A stretch of 63,688 nt of DNA from a virus (lineage: Duplodnaviria > Caudoviricetes). This document shows, piece by piece, positions 1-9,159 of this stretch (within the stretch, counting starts at the first letter, position 1; the number at the start of each line of letters is the position of its first letter). A model generated the notes under the pieces. That model did no database searches, was not told where the DNA came from, and saw only the letters and a program-made list of their open reading frames with translations. The position numbers were made by a program, and so were the translations under genes. The DNA lies in the IMG/VR virus record IMGVR_UViG_3300036846_000403, positions 1 through 63,688 of that record, one strand, 5' to 3'.

Positions 1-112
1 GGGCCGGCCCGGCCCTCGGCCGGACGTGGCCGCCCGGCCCCCGTACGGTCGTCGGGCCGGTCGACTACGGTCGACTACATACCAGCCGGGCCAGCCAGGC
101 AGCCAGCCACCC

Positions 113-650
113 AACACTGGGTTTGGCCATGGCCACCGATGGACCATTGGCCAATCACACACATCCACCGATGGACCATTTGCCTAGGAAAGTTTGTGGC
201 CAACATTGGAAAGTTTTGGAAAGTTTGGAAAGTTTGTGCCAGTCACGGCAACCATGACCAGTTTTGGAAACCATGCGCACAGCACACAGCAGCGCAACGC
301 AGAGCATTTGCCCAATATTGCCACACCACGCCACACCACAGCGCACACACACGCTCAGCGCACACAGCGCACACCACACCAGCGCAGCGCACAGCGCACA
401 GCCCAGCCACACCCACGCACACCCATGGCCAAAATTGCCCATTGTTGTGTGTGACCAATATTGTCCGCACCACTAGGCAACATTGCCCAGCAATGCGCCC
501 ACATTCCCGCGCCACACCTCGCAGCAATCTTGCCCAATCATGCCAGCCAATTTTGCCCAATGTTGGCAGCACACACCACACAACACCACCACACACCACC
601 AGGCAACAATGGCCAGCAACACACCTCACGCAACAAGCCCAATTTTGACC
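113..650. repeat. Left-end non-coding repeat region (GGAAAGTTT x4, CCACCGATGGACCATT x2, CA-rich tract, CCAAT/ATTGCCC-type repeats)
   Basis: GGAAAGTTT at 187, 208, 218, 227; strong C/A strand skew; overlapping ORFs are low-complexity. Confidence 0.8.
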
Positions 651-1176
651 AGGGGGGTCATTTTCCATTTCAAAAAAGAAGGTCAGAAACAAGAGGGTTA
701 CCCTCCTTCAGGCACTGCCCCTCGGCAGGACCATTCATGCTCACCGATGGACGCAATTGAGCAACACACATCTTCACCACCCAGCATCCACTAGGAAAGT
801 ATGTGTGTGCTGGGTGAAACGTTCAGCACCCGGCCAAAAATGTCCACCCAGCAGCACGCGACCACCCCCGAACAATTTAAAGCTGTCGCCCTGATCACCG
901 CCGCAGAGCCCCGATCCGCGATAGGATAGCGCTAGCGCGCTACGCCGCGCCGCTCCGCTAGCCCGGCCCCCGGCCCGCCTAGCCGACCGGCCCGCCGCGA
1001 ACGCCCGGCCCGTACGCGAGACAGCGAGGGTACCAGCCACTTGAGAACTCCATATTGGAATTGATCTCCCATTCTCCATTCGCCATTCAGGCGAAACGCC
1101 AGTCACTGGCGTCATTGGAGGATTGACCACCTCCAGTTTGAACAAGCCAGGTCATCACGAGAATGGGGACATAGGA

Positions 1177-1551
1177 ATGTCTGACAGCGAGAACAAGTCA
1201 GTGGCCTACTGGTATGCTGGTAAGCCGGCATACGCAAGTCGCAAGTGGATAAGCTTCACCACCAAGACTTCGGCCATTGAGGCGATGTTCCACCACGCTC
1301 ACCGGACAGCGGATGCCATCGAGTCAATGCGTGGCCTCCGTGAGATACTGCCGGACTGCCAGAAGGGCAACGAGACCAGCATGGTGCTCCGTGAGCACTT
1401 CGCTGCGATGTTGTCGGCCGCTGACCACTACCGGGCAGCGCGCCGCGCGGCTAAGCTCATTGGCGGCGCGGAAGTCCACTTGCGTGGCTACCGCGTCGTG
1501 GTGACGTGCGACCCGCACGATGAGTGGATCGGCGGCACGCACGTGTACTGA
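1177..1551 (+). CDS. hypothetical protein
   Basis: ATG after GGGGACATAGGA; phage-like codon usage. Confidence 0.7.
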   Translation: MSDSENKSVAYWYAGKPAYASRKWISFTTKTSAIEAMFHHAHRTADAIESMRGLREILPDCQKGNETSMVLREHFAAMLSAADHYRAARRAAKLIGGAEVHLRGYRVVVTCDPHDEWIGGTHVY

Positions 1552-1654
1552 TGCGTCAGGGCGAGGCAGGGGCGCGATGCCCCTGCCTGGCCCCGGTGTT
1601 TCAGTGACACCGACCAAAGGTCCCATAGGAATGGGACAGCAGAAGGAGATCAAG

Positions 1655-1924
1655 ATGGATGACGAGCTGGAGCAAGACCGCTACAGCCAGGACTACCGCT
1701 GCGAGCACGGCATGTACATCGGGCCGCCTGGCGGTCCTGACTACATGTGTGGCTGGTGTGAGGACGGTGTGTCCAGGCAGGAATACCTGGACATTATCAA
1801 CGCCAACAAGCTGTCCGACATCCGCGCCAGGAGTGAGCGTGTTCAGTTCTTCCTGACGCTTGCGCTACAGGCACCAGGCGCCAGCGGTATCGCTGTCATG
1901 GAGATGGCGAGGCACCTTCAGTGA
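1655..1924 (+). CDS. hypothetical protein with CEHG...CGWC Zn-binding motif
   Basis: AAGGAG RBS; CxH...CxxC. Confidence 0.7.
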   Translation: MDDELEQDRYSQDYRCEHGMYIGPPGGPDYMCGWCEDGVSRQEYLDIINANKLSDIRARSERVQFFLTLALQAPGASGIAVMEMARHLQ

Positions 1925-2030
1925 TCCAGCACCAGGCGCCAGACAAGGCAGAAGAGATCTGCTGGCTGCTCGACTGCCGCAAGTACGGCATCGAGCAGGC
2001 CAACCAGCTTCACCCGGAGGATGGGGACAA

Positions 2031-2180
2031 GTGAAGGAGAAGGACATCGTGGACCTGCTCACGAGCGCGATGACCAAGAAGATGACCCGCAAGCAGAAGG
2101 CCGAGGCCCTGGTTGAATGGGGCGTCGTGTCCTGCCTCGAAGAGGCATACATGTACCTTGAGGACATGGGAGAGAAGTAG
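2031..2180 (+). CDS. small hypothetical protein
   Basis: GTG start after GGAGGATGGGG; codon usage. Confidence 0.5.
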   Translation: MKEKDIVDLLTSAMTKKMTRKQKAEALVEWGVVSCLEEAYMYLEDMGEK

Positions 2181-2199
2181 CCAGGCATGCCCCGAAAGG

Positions 2200-2340
2200 G
2201 GCATTGCCTACACACACCGACGCAACATTGGGCAGCATTGTACACCATTGGGCAGCATTGGACAGCACTGTAGGAAAGTTTGAAAAGTTGCCGGGAAAGT
2301 TTGGAAAGTTTGCGCGAAAAACTGGAAAGTTGCAATTCCT
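2200..2340. repeat. Second GGAAAGTTT / CATTGGGCAGCATTG repeat cluster
   Basis: GGAAAGTTT at 2273, 2294, 2303, variants at 2282 and 2324; CATTGGGCAGCATTG x2. Confidence 0.8.
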
Positions 2341-2433
2341 CTGGTAAGGCGGGCATGTTTGACAGCACCCGGCATTTTTGGACACCACTCGCGACACGCA
2401 CCTAAACATTCTAAAGTTGTCGTTCCGCTGACC

Positions 2434-2491
2434 TTCCCCACTCCCCCGCGCGTAGGGTAGGGTCTAGGTATCGGGCCGGTAGGGACCGGCC
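2434..2491 (+). promoter_or_regulatory. Promoter (TTCCCC-N18-TAGGGT) plus GGCCGGT-AGGG-ACCGGCC hairpin
   Basis: Close copy at 4985-5044; upstream of RBS and ATG 2510. Confidence 0.65.
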
Positions 2492-2509
2492 GAGGCGAAA
2501 GGAACGCTA

Positions 2510-2728
2510 ATGTTGAATTCGATACGTAGCCAGTATGAGACGACTGACCACCACGGAGGTACCCAACACCTAGTCCACCTCCGCGCCGAGCGCCGCCCGA
2601 TGCCCAGTCAGAAGACACTCGACGCCGCCGCCGACTTCGCGCTTACGGGAGGTTGGAACGTGGCCAAGGGGAATATCTGCGACGATTGCCACGAGGCCCG
2701 GTCAGTCAACGGGAACTGTGGCTGCTGA
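2510..2728 (+). CDS. small Cys-rich hypothetical protein
   Basis: AAAGGA RBS; CxxC...CxC. Confidence 0.6.
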   Translation: MLNSIRSQYETTDHHGGTQHLVHLRAERRPMPSQKTLDAAADFALTGGWNVAKGNICDDCHEARSVNGNCGC

Positions 2729-2790
2729 CCACCAACCAAGACGGAGGGTCTCCCTCCCAAAAGGAGGGGGACCCAAAAGGAGGTCCCGAA

Positions 2791-2952
2791 ATGGAATGTG
2801 GATACTGCCACGAGCAGGCCACCGAGTGGATGGAGTGGCGGACAACTGGCCGCCCCAAGGGTGCGCCTGTGTGTCCCGCGCACCGCATCGAGCACGACAC
2901 CCCGGACAACTGGGGACACCACCCGACATTCACCCCGCTGGAGACGCAGTGA
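2791..2952 (+). CDS. small Zn-finger-like protein
   Basis: AGGAGG RBS; CxxC...CxxH. Confidence 0.6.
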   Translation: MECGYCHEQATEWMEWRTTGRPKGAPVCPAHRIEHDTPDNWGHHPTFTPLETQ

Positions 2953-3215
2953 AGGCAGTCGTCAGGTTCGCCGCAGGCGACGAGCAGATACAAGCCGTGC
3001 TTGACGGGATGAAGGATGGCGAGGCAGTCCTCCTCATCCAGCCCGAGGCGACGCCCGTCCTTGCGATCAAGGACCAGATCGGCTGGGCAATCGAGATAAT
3101 GGGAAGTGACGGTGATGCCACAGACGGCGAGATAACCATCTCAACACGCGAACTCACAGACGGCATGGAAGTAGAGCTACAGTATCCAGTGGAGGATGAG
3201 GACAATGCCACGTAA
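2949..3215 (+). CDS. hypothetical protein
   Basis: GTGA overlap with upstream stop. Confidence 0.6.
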   Translation: MKAVVRFAAGDEQIQAVLDGMKDGEAVLLIQPEATPVLAIKDQIGWAIEIMGSDGDATDGEITISTRELTDGMEVELQYPVEDEDNAT

Positions 3216-3537
3216 GTACCCGCACCTGCCGACTATGGGAAGCACGTTCAGCTTCCAGGCAACCAGCAAGGACGGCCTCAAGCCAGAGACTGAGATTGCC
3301 ATCATTGCGGCGATGCTCAGGGCGATGCAGGATGAACAGTGGAACGTCGCCTTCCACTTCAACAGGAACGGCCAGGAGTCCACCGCGGTCTCCCAGCCAG
3401 GCAGTTCACTCTGGACTGTCTGCTTCCGGCCAAAGGACGGAGACCCATCACGCACCCGCCAGTACGTCAATCCCATGGCAGCAGCCAGGGCCATCTACTA
3501 CGGAAAACACCCGGAAACTGTTTCGGTGACTGACTAG
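3205..3537 (+). CDS. hypothetical protein
   Basis: GAGGA RBS; short overlap with upstream gene. Confidence 0.65.
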   Translation: MPRKYPHLPTMGSTFSFQATSKDGLKPETEIAIIAAMLRAMQDEQWNVAFHFNRNGQESTAVSQPGSSLWTVCFRPKDGDPSRTRQYVNPMAAARAIYYGKHPETVSVTD

Positions 3538-3563
3538 ACGCACCCGCCCGGACGCGGTAGCGT
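3535..3563 (+). promoter_or_regulatory. Promoter TAGACG-N17-TAGCGT
   Basis: Matches the genome-wide TAGAC-N17-TANNNT family. Confidence 0.6.
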
Positions 3564-3588
3564 AGGGGTATCGAAAGGAGGCGAGCGT

Positions 3589-3903
3589 ATGAGTTATGAC
3601 GAATGGCCGCGCAGGTGGACTGCGACGATCACGTACGTTGACAACCCACTCGAACTGTATGCGAGTGGCGCGGGCGAGACCGTTGAGGCAGACTGGTCCG
3701 AAGAGGATCTCCAGCGCAGCCAGGCCAAGGCAGCGTACGCCGAGGCCGTCCAGTTCCTGCTCTCTGGCGTGGGCGAAGCGGCTCACGTCCAGCTCTGGAA
3801 GACCACCAAGAAGCACGGCACTGTCCGTGACCACATCGAGTACACCATCGACCGCGACGCGGCGGCGGCCTGGGCGCTGAAGAAGATCGTCAGCGTCCAG
3901 TAA
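3589..3903 (+). CDS. hypothetical protein
   Basis: AAAGGAGG RBS. Confidence 0.75.
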   Translation: MSYDEWPRRWTATITYVDNPLELYASGAGETVEADWSEEDLQRSQAKAAYAEAVQFLLSGVGEAAHVQLWKTTKKHGTVRDHIEYTIDRDAAAAWALKKIVSVQ

Positions 3904-3926
3904 CAACCAACCAGAAAGGCGAAACA

Positions 3927-4427
3927 ATGCTTCTCAAGGCATGGGACATGTCCGACGGCACGACCGTCATCCACATGGCGACCTGCAAGCACCGCAAGCC
4001 GATGAAGACCGGCAAGCCCCCGCTCGCGGTCGAGCTGGTGGCCGACGGCAAGCAGGACTTCCTCAGCAAGGAGGCGTTCGCCACCGACTACTGGGCTGGC
4101 GCGGACTCCAAGCCAAAGGACGGCAACGTCTTCGACGGCATGGACTTCAAGCCCTGCGTCGACGAGCTGCCCGAGCGCGAGCCGAAGCCGGCCAAGGGCA
4201 CCAAGAAGGCCGCCGCGGCCAAGGAGCCCCGTGTCCTTGGCCACAAGGCGTACGCCACCAAGGAGCTGCCCCGCGCCATGCGGCAGTTCTCCGACTGGAT
4301 CGCCCGCGAGTACCCGGAGATGGGCAAGATCACCGACCGCGACAAGCGGCTGATCATGATCGCCTCCAAGGCGTACACGTTCTTCCAGAAGAGCGACATG
4401 TGCGACCCGACCGAGAAGGCTGCCTAG
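3927..4427 (+). CDS. hypothetical protein; C-terminal domain similar to 16851..17297 protein
   Basis: GAAAGG RBS; strong codon bias; Y..K.L...M....DW...FQKSD motif. Confidence 0.85.
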   Translation: MLLKAWDMSDGTTVIHMATCKHRKPMKTGKPPLAVELVADGKQDFLSKEAFATDYWAGADSKPKDGNVFDGMDFKPCVDELPEREPKPAKGTKKAAAAKEPRVLGHKAYATKELPRAMRQFSDWIAREYPEMGKITDRDKRLIMIASKAYTFFQKSDMCDPTEKAA

Positions 4428-4440
4428 CAGTCATGAGCTG

Positions 4441-4476
4441 CCAGGCCGGTGGGTGGCCTATCCTCCACCGGCCTGG
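4441..4476 (+). terminator. GC-rich hairpin, putative terminator
   Basis: CCAGGCCGGTGG / CCACCGGCCTGG 12-bp stem after stop. Confidence 0.55.
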
Positions 4477-4495
4477 CTCGGACAAGGGACAAAGC

Positions 4496-4714
4496 ATGCC
4501 AAACAAGGACATCAATGACATGCCCGACATTCGGCTGCGAGAAGCCATAGCTGCATTCTTGTACGGTCCCAAGTACACCGCCGAGAACATCCGTGGCATT
4601 GCCATCCTTGGCAAGGGTCGTTGGTACTGCTACCCCACCAAGGGCACCTACACCAGGATCGGCAACTTCATCAAGGTCAACAAAGACGGAGAGGATGGTC
4701 AGGTTTATGTCTGA
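4496..4714 (+). CDS. hypothetical protein
   Basis: AAGGGA RBS. Confidence 0.6.
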   Translation: MPNKDINDMPDIRLREAIAAFLYGPKYTAENIRGIAILGKGRWYCYPTKGTYTRIGNFIKVNKDGEDGQVYV

Positions 4715-4967
4715 CGACGACGGCTTCAGCATAGGCGAAGAGAACACCCGCATGGCTAGTGTCCTGGCACTGCGTGCCGCACTCGCACTGGAGATCAAGG
4801 GCATGCGCCGACACGGCCGCTCAGCCCGCACCATCGCCCAGGAGTTCCTCAACCTGCCTGGCCGCCCAGGGACACGCACGGTGTACGCGAAGCTGAATGC
4901 CTACATCGTGGAGCAGATCGGCGCGAACTTCGACAAGCCGCTCCCTCCCCCGCCCGGACAACTTTAG
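4707..4967 (+). CDS. hypothetical protein
   Basis: Overlapping start; codon usage. Confidence 0.65.
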   Translation: MSDDDGFSIGEENTRMASVLALRAALALEIKGMRRHGRSARTIAQEFLNLPGRPGTRTVYAKLNAYIVEQIGANFDKPLPPPPGQL

Positions 4968-4984
4968 ATTGGCGCCGTGCGCCC

Positions 4985-5044
4985 TTCCCCACGCTCGGGC
5001 GCGTCGGGTAGGGTTTACCTATCGGGCCGGTAAGGGTACCGGCC
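4985..5044 (+). promoter_or_regulatory. Promoter (TTCCCC-N18-TAGGGT) plus GGCCGGTA-AGGG-TACCGGCC hairpin
   Basis: Repeat of the 2434-2491 element. Confidence 0.65.
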
Positions 5045-5063
5045 GACGGAGAGAGGGACGCGA

Positions 5064-5330
5064 ATGGTGCGTGAATGGAAAGTTGGAGATGTGCTCCGGG
5101 ACCGCGAGTCAGTTGGCGAGCCGGTCGTGGTGGTGGAGGTGTGGCCTGTTGATCACGAGAACCCGCTCCTGGCCGGGATGCCCCGGCTCGTGATGGTGGT
5201 GTACGGTAATGCCCGTGGGTGTATCCGCGAGACGTGGCCGGCCACTGTCGTCGGCTTCCCGGACGGTATCCGCGCCGACGGTGCGCGTAACACTGCCAGG
5301 AAGCTCTGGCGCGACAGGTGGTTCTCCTAA
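5064..5330 (+). CDS. hypothetical protein
   Basis: GAGGGA RBS downstream of promoter. Confidence 0.6.
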   Translation: MVREWKVGDVLRDRESVGEPVVVVEVWPVDHENPLLAGMPRLVMVVYGNARGCIRETWPATVVGFPDGIRADGARNTARKLWRDRWFS

Positions 5331-6319
5331 TGCCGCTCGTACGCGCGGACGAGCTGGACACCAGCCCGCCCGAGTACCTGATTGAGGGGCTGATCCCATT
5401 CATCGGGACGGGCTTCATCTGGGGCGAGTCCAGGTGGGGCAAGTCACTCCTCACGAATGGCGAGATGGCCCTGGCCATCGCCAACGGCACGGACTTCTTT
5501 GGACGGGATACTGTCCAGGGCAGTGTCGCCGTGTGCCTGGGTGAGGGCCTGTATGATGCGGGCATCCGCAAGACCGCGCGCCTCGCCCGTGAGCAGTCCG
5601 ACCGGGCAGCCATTGCCGAGCAGATCGACAGGAACCTCGGGGCGGGCGCGGGCGTTGACTGGCTGGAGCGCCAGACACCGTACACCGACGACAACCTGTA
5701 CTATATGACTGAGCCATTCGTGCTACCGCTCGATAACGGAGGGACGCCAACCCGCACCTTCACCTCCGCGCTCGACAGCTTGCGACGTATCCCCAACCTG
5801 TCGCTGGTGATCCTGGATGCCCTGTCCGACTTCACCCCCAGCCTCAGCATCAGCAACGACGCTTCGGCCAACCGTATAGTCCAGGGCATGAAGCTAATGG
5901 CGCGGGAGCTGGACTGCGTCGTCCTGGCGGTTGCTCACCCGACTCGTGACGGTGGCCGGATGCTTGGCGCGGGACGCCTCTTCAACTCATCAGACTTCGT
6001 CATCAAGATCGAGCCCGAGCACGGGGCATCCTCAACCAGCCCGTTCCGTAGCGCCACCGTCAGCTGCGAGAAGAACAAGTACGGCAAGCCATTCGAGCCA
6101 TTCGGGTACGAGATCGTGCCGTGCTCCTGGGAAGACCAGGACATCGACCTGGATGGTCACCCCACCGGCACCGCGACACTCGTCCAGACAGCAACCGTCC
6201 GCAGCCTCGAAGACTACGACAGCGAGCCCGCGCCACGCCCTAAGCAGCCACTCCCCAACCTTATCATCCCGAAGGCCACCGACATCACCCCCAAGCGAAC
6301 TGGATTGAGAGGCCGGTAA
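5330..6319 (+). CDS. RecA-fold (AAA_25/RepA-like) ATPase or helicase
   Basis: YLIEGLIP, Walker A GESRWGKS, Walker B LVILD, VAHP, KNKYG. Confidence 0.8.
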   Translation: MPLVRADELDTSPPEYLIEGLIPFIGTGFIWGESRWGKSLLTNGEMALAIANGTDFFGRDTVQGSVAVCLGEGLYDAGIRKTARLAREQSDRAAIAEQIDRNLGAGAGVDWLERQTPYTDDNLYYMTEPFVLPLDNGGTPTRTFTSALDSLRRIPNLSLVILDALSDFTPSLSISNDASANRIVQGMKLMARELDCVVLAVAHPTRDGGRMLGAGRLFNSSDFVIKIEPEHGASSTSPFRSATVSCEKNKYGKPFEPFGYEIVPCSWEDQDIDLDGHPTGTATLVQTATVRSLEDYDSEPAPRPKQPLPNLIIPKATDITPKRTGLRGR

Positions 6320-6609
6320 TGCCCCGCAAGAGGATCAACCTGAAGGAACTGCTCCCGCCGACGTGGAGCGCAGTCCACACCACCCAGGCCGGGCGCAAGG
6401 ACGCAACGCGCTGGATGATCTACGATGGCCAGGACAACTACCGCGGTGACCTGGTGCGCTGGCGCGGTGACTGGCGCAGCAGCTTCCCCGGACACGAGCC
6501 TGGTGAGTCGTGGTCCTGGCAGCCGTACAGCGACATCGACGTCACTGGCGTGTTCGAGGGCACGCTCGATGCCTGTATGGAGGCGATCTTCCGGCTAGCC
6601 GACGGGTAA
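6319..6609 (+). CDS. hypothetical protein
   Basis: TAATG coupling with upstream gene. Confidence 0.65.
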   Translation: MPRKRINLKELLPPTWSAVHTTQAGRKDATRWMIYDGQDNYRGDLVRWRGDWRSSFPGHEPGESWSWQPYSDIDVTGVFEGTLDACMEAIFRLADG

Positions 6610-6639
6610 CGGACCCGAGCCGCACGAGCTGTGCACGGT

Positions 6640-6720
6640 CCTGTCAGCGACGCAGCCTCGCCCGGCGTACTAGGGCTAGGGCCGGAATCCCACTCGCTGA
6701 CAGGCCCGATGCGGGCCGCG
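6640..6720. repeat. Conserved intergenic element copy 1 (CTGTCA...TAGGG...TGACAG-N8-CGGGCCGCG)
   Basis: 11-bp inverted repeat CCTGTCAGCGA / TCGCTGACAGG; copies at 8370 and 10159. Confidence 0.7.
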
Positions 6721-6749
6721 AACAATTTAAAGATGTACCCGTGATTGAC

Positions 6750-6810
6750 TAGACTCACGCCGTACCGGCGCGGTAGGGTTTAGGTATCGCGGGCCGGTAG
6801 GTACCGGCCC
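6750..6810 (+). promoter_or_regulatory. Promoter TAGACT-N18-TAGGGT plus GGGCCGGTA-GG-TACCGGCCC hairpin
   Basis: Member of promoter family; upstream AACAATTTAAAG also seen near 871. Confidence 0.65.
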
Positions 6811-6834
6811 GGCGCGAGAGGGAAAGGCGACCAA

Positions 6835-7053
6835 TTGAACAAGAAGACGGCCAAGAAGATCGCCAAGCGGTACGAGGCAGAGCTTGAGGTGAAGCTGGAG
6901 ATGGAGACTGACCGTGTCCGTCAGTACTGGCTCCAAGCCGAGCTGGAGGACATCGAAGACGGCCACTGGAACGGGCCGCGTACGGACCAGCCCCCGGAGT
7001 CCTGGCAGGGATGGAGCCCACCGGCCAAGACCAAGCCGGCAACCGACAACTAG
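6835..7053 (+). CDS. hypothetical protein
   Basis: GAAAGG RBS, TTG start; followed by hairpin 7062-7088. Confidence 0.65.
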   Translation: MNKKTAKKIAKRYEAELEVKLEMETDRVRQYWLQAELEDIEDGHWNGPRTDQPPESWQGWSPPAKTKPATDN

Positions 7054-7104
7054 CCGCGAGCGGGCGGGCGGCGCAATGCCGCCCGCCCTACCCGGAAGGG
7101 ATGA

Positions 7105-7401
7105 ATGATGACGACGGATACCGGACTCGTGCCGTGGTGCGCGAGATGCGAGACCTGGCACGGCAGTGACGAAGATCACTGGGACGAGATCGAGGCGGCG
7201 GCGATGGCAAACAAGTTCGACGGCTTCACCTGGGACGAGCTCAACGTGCTGTGGTCGTCACTCCACGAGCACCGCGAGGCCGCCAAGATCAAGAGCCACG
7301 AGGCCACGGTCATCGAGATCGATGACCTGCTCACGCAGATGTACCGCTCCCAGAACTGGGGCGCTGCCGGGCTCGACCGGAAGCGGGCGGCAACGGCATG
7401 A
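7105..7401 (+). CDS. hypothetical protein
   Basis: AAGGGA RBS; CxxC. Confidence 0.65.
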   Translation: MMTTDTGLVPWCARCETWHGSDEDHWDEIEAAAMANKFDGFTWDELNVLWSSLHEHREAAKIKSHEATVIEIDDLLTQMYRSQNWGAAGLDRKRAATA

Positions 7402-7772
7402 GCGGCGAACTCCCCGGCTACGACGCGTGGCTGGACAACTACGGCAACCCCGGCATCCAGGAGGATCCAATGTACCCGAGGTGGATGATCGAAGAGCAGA
7501 TCGACGTCACCCAGATCACCAAGCACCCTGACAGCTACCTGGTCGAGCGCGTCAGCAACAAGCGGAATCGGGTCGTGATCAGCTTCGGCTCGAACTCCAC
7601 TGACCCGGACAATGTCGATGAGCGTACCATCCTGCTCAATGGCGAGTACGTGGACCTGGGTGACGACATGATCGACTTCATCTCCGTTCTTGACGAGTAC
7701 CAGGACCAGCACGGCGAACTCGGCAAGACCATTCGCCAACAGCCCTTCAAGGCCGACGATGCCGACCACTGA
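7398..7772 (+). CDS. acidic hypothetical protein
   Basis: ATGA overlap. Confidence 0.7.
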   Translation: MSGELPGYDAWLDNYGNPGIQEDPMYPRWMIEEQIDVTQITKHPDSYLVERVSNKRNRVVISFGSNSTDPDNVDERTILLNGEYVDLGDDMIDFISVLDEYQDQHGELGKTIRQQPFKADDADH

Positions 7773-8058
7773 CGAGCGCGCGGCCGAGATCCGCCGCATG
7801 GCCAAGGACTTCGGCCTGACCATTCACTCCCACAACGGCATCGTCAGCGTCTCGGGCCGGTTCACGCCCGGCGACCTGACGGCCTACCTCGACATGGAGG
7901 TCAAAGCCAACAAGATCCTCAACAAGTTCCGCCAGGTTCGCGCGGGCTCTCAGTGGGGCACTGACGGCGGCAGTGTCGGCGGTGGGCTAGCCATCCAGGA
8001 TGGCCGGTTCGTCCTCAACAAGTCCGGGTGCGAGAAGCGCCTGGCAGCAAAGTTCTAG
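7759..8058 (+). CDS. hypothetical protein
   Basis: Overlapping start; codon usage. Confidence 0.65.
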   Translation: MPTTDERAAEIRRMAKDFGLTIHSHNGIVSVSGRFTPGDLTAYLDMEVKANKILNKFRQVRAGSQWGTDGGSVGGGLAIQDGRFVLNKSGCEKRLAAKF

Positions 8059-8066
8059 GAGGCACG

Positions 8067-8216
8067 ATGCTCTACGAGAAGCAGCATATCATCATGATGC
8101 TCGACAAGATGAAGGATGACGACACGCTCACCGTCATCAAGCACGGCGACGAGTTCGAGGCCGTGGACACCGACCAGCCCGCCCAGGGCAGGCACGTCAG
8201 GAAGGAACAAGAATGA
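8067..8216 (+). CDS. small hypothetical protein
   Basis: AGGAGG RBS. Confidence 0.6.
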   Translation: MLYEKQHIIMMLDKMKDDDTLTVIKHGDEFEAVDTDQPAQGRHVRKEQE

Positions 8217-8368
8217 GGTACATCCTGATCACCATCGACGATGACAAGTACAACAGGGAAACGCTGCCCAAGATCACGGCGGCTCTGGCCAAGTTCAAGG
8301 TCCGGTTCGTCCAGTCCGTGACCTTTGACGGCAACACGATCAAGGAGAACGTCAAGGCCGACGTTTAG
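8213..8368 (+). CDS. small hypothetical protein (51 aa, below ORF-track cutoff)
   Basis: ATGA overlap; AAGGA RBS; MRYILITIDD... Confidence 0.55.
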   Translation: MRYILITIDDDKYNRETLPKITAALAKFKVRFVQSVTFDGNTIKENVKADV

Positions 8369-8369
8369 C

Positions 8370-8449
8370 CTGTCACGGCCGCTGCGCGGGCCGGTACCTA
8401 GGGTACCGGCCCGCCGTCGCATCCCCTGACAGACGCGCTCCGGGCCGCG
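8370..8449. repeat. Conserved intergenic element copy 2
   Basis: CTGTCA 8370, TGACAG ending 8432, central 13-bp-stem hairpin 8386-8414, CGGGCCGCG at 8441. Confidence 0.7.
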
Positions 8450-8512
8450 CAGGGGATGGCTACGCGGACGTACGCGGAGGGAAAGCGCCCCGAGATTGTC
8501 GGCTCTGCCCCC

Positions 8513-8541
8513 TAGACGTCACGGCTACCATAGGGTATAAT
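8513..8541 (+). promoter_or_regulatory. Promoter TAGACG-N17-TATAAT
   Basis: Consensus -10; TATAATCGACGTAAG identical at 25221. Confidence 0.75.
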
Positions 8542-8584
8542 CGACGTAAGCGGGAAACCGCGACCCAACAAGGGAAGAAGGAAA

Positions 8585-8878
8585 ATGAACGACAACGAGC
8601 AGAAGCTGACGCGAGACATCCTTGACTCGTACCACGCAGTCAGCGGGATAGCCAAGGATGCCCTCCAGCTCGCCCAGGAGCAGAATGAGCGTTTCGCGCT
8701 CCACCTGTTCGAGTGCAACTCAACCCTGGAGGCGCGAATTGCTCTTGGACGCGGTCTTGACCGTGAGACGGTAGCGGCCATTCTCCACTCCCTCGCGGAG
8801 GCGATCCGGACGCAGGACTGCGCCGAGTCCATGAGCCCGGTGAGCGACGGCAACACGCTCAGCGAATTGGGGCTGTAG
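8585..8878 (+). CDS. hypothetical protein
   Basis: AAGGA RBS. Confidence 0.7.
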   Translation: MNDNEQKLTRDILDSYHAVSGIAKDALQLAQEQNERFALHLFECNSTLEARIALGRGLDRETVAAILHSLAEAIRTQDCAESMSPVSDGNTLSELGL

Positions 8879-8934
8879 CAGCAACCGGCCGGGCGGTAAC
8901 CGCCGCCCGGCCAACCCAATAGGGAGGACAGACA

Positions 8935-9159
8935 ATGGACAAGAATAAAGCAACCGAATTCATGATTGAATCGGTTATCGAGGCATCACGGTTCGCGCTT
9001 GGCGATGGCCTCACTCGCGAGGACGTGGTTGATGTCCTTGGGTCCTGCGCCTACGCCATCACGAACAATGACAAGTCCGAGGACACGAGTCCACTGTACC
9101 GTTTCGGGCTCGTGATGGAGACAAGGATGATGCTGGGGCTTCCGCCTCAGCCGGAGTAA
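8935..9159 (+). CDS. hypothetical protein
   Basis: GGAGG RBS. Confidence 0.65.
   Translation: MDKNKATEFMIESVIEASRFALGDGLTREDVVDVLGSCAYAITNNDKSEDTSPLYRFGLVMETRMMLGLPPQPE

Noticed and set aside
139-794. Multiple overlapping His/Thr/Cys-rich ORFs on both strands
   Set aside because: They are translations of low-complexity CA-rich repeats, with no RBS or phage-like codon usage
187-2340. CRISPR-like array
   Set aside because: Repeats are only 9-16 bp, irregularly spaced and lack unique spacers; the Cas4-like gene at 17417 is a normal phage recombination exonuclease
3941-4714. 257-aa ORF as a single gene
   Set aside because: The 5' part is an alternate frame over 3927..4427 and crosses a terminator-like hairpin; the real start is probably 4496
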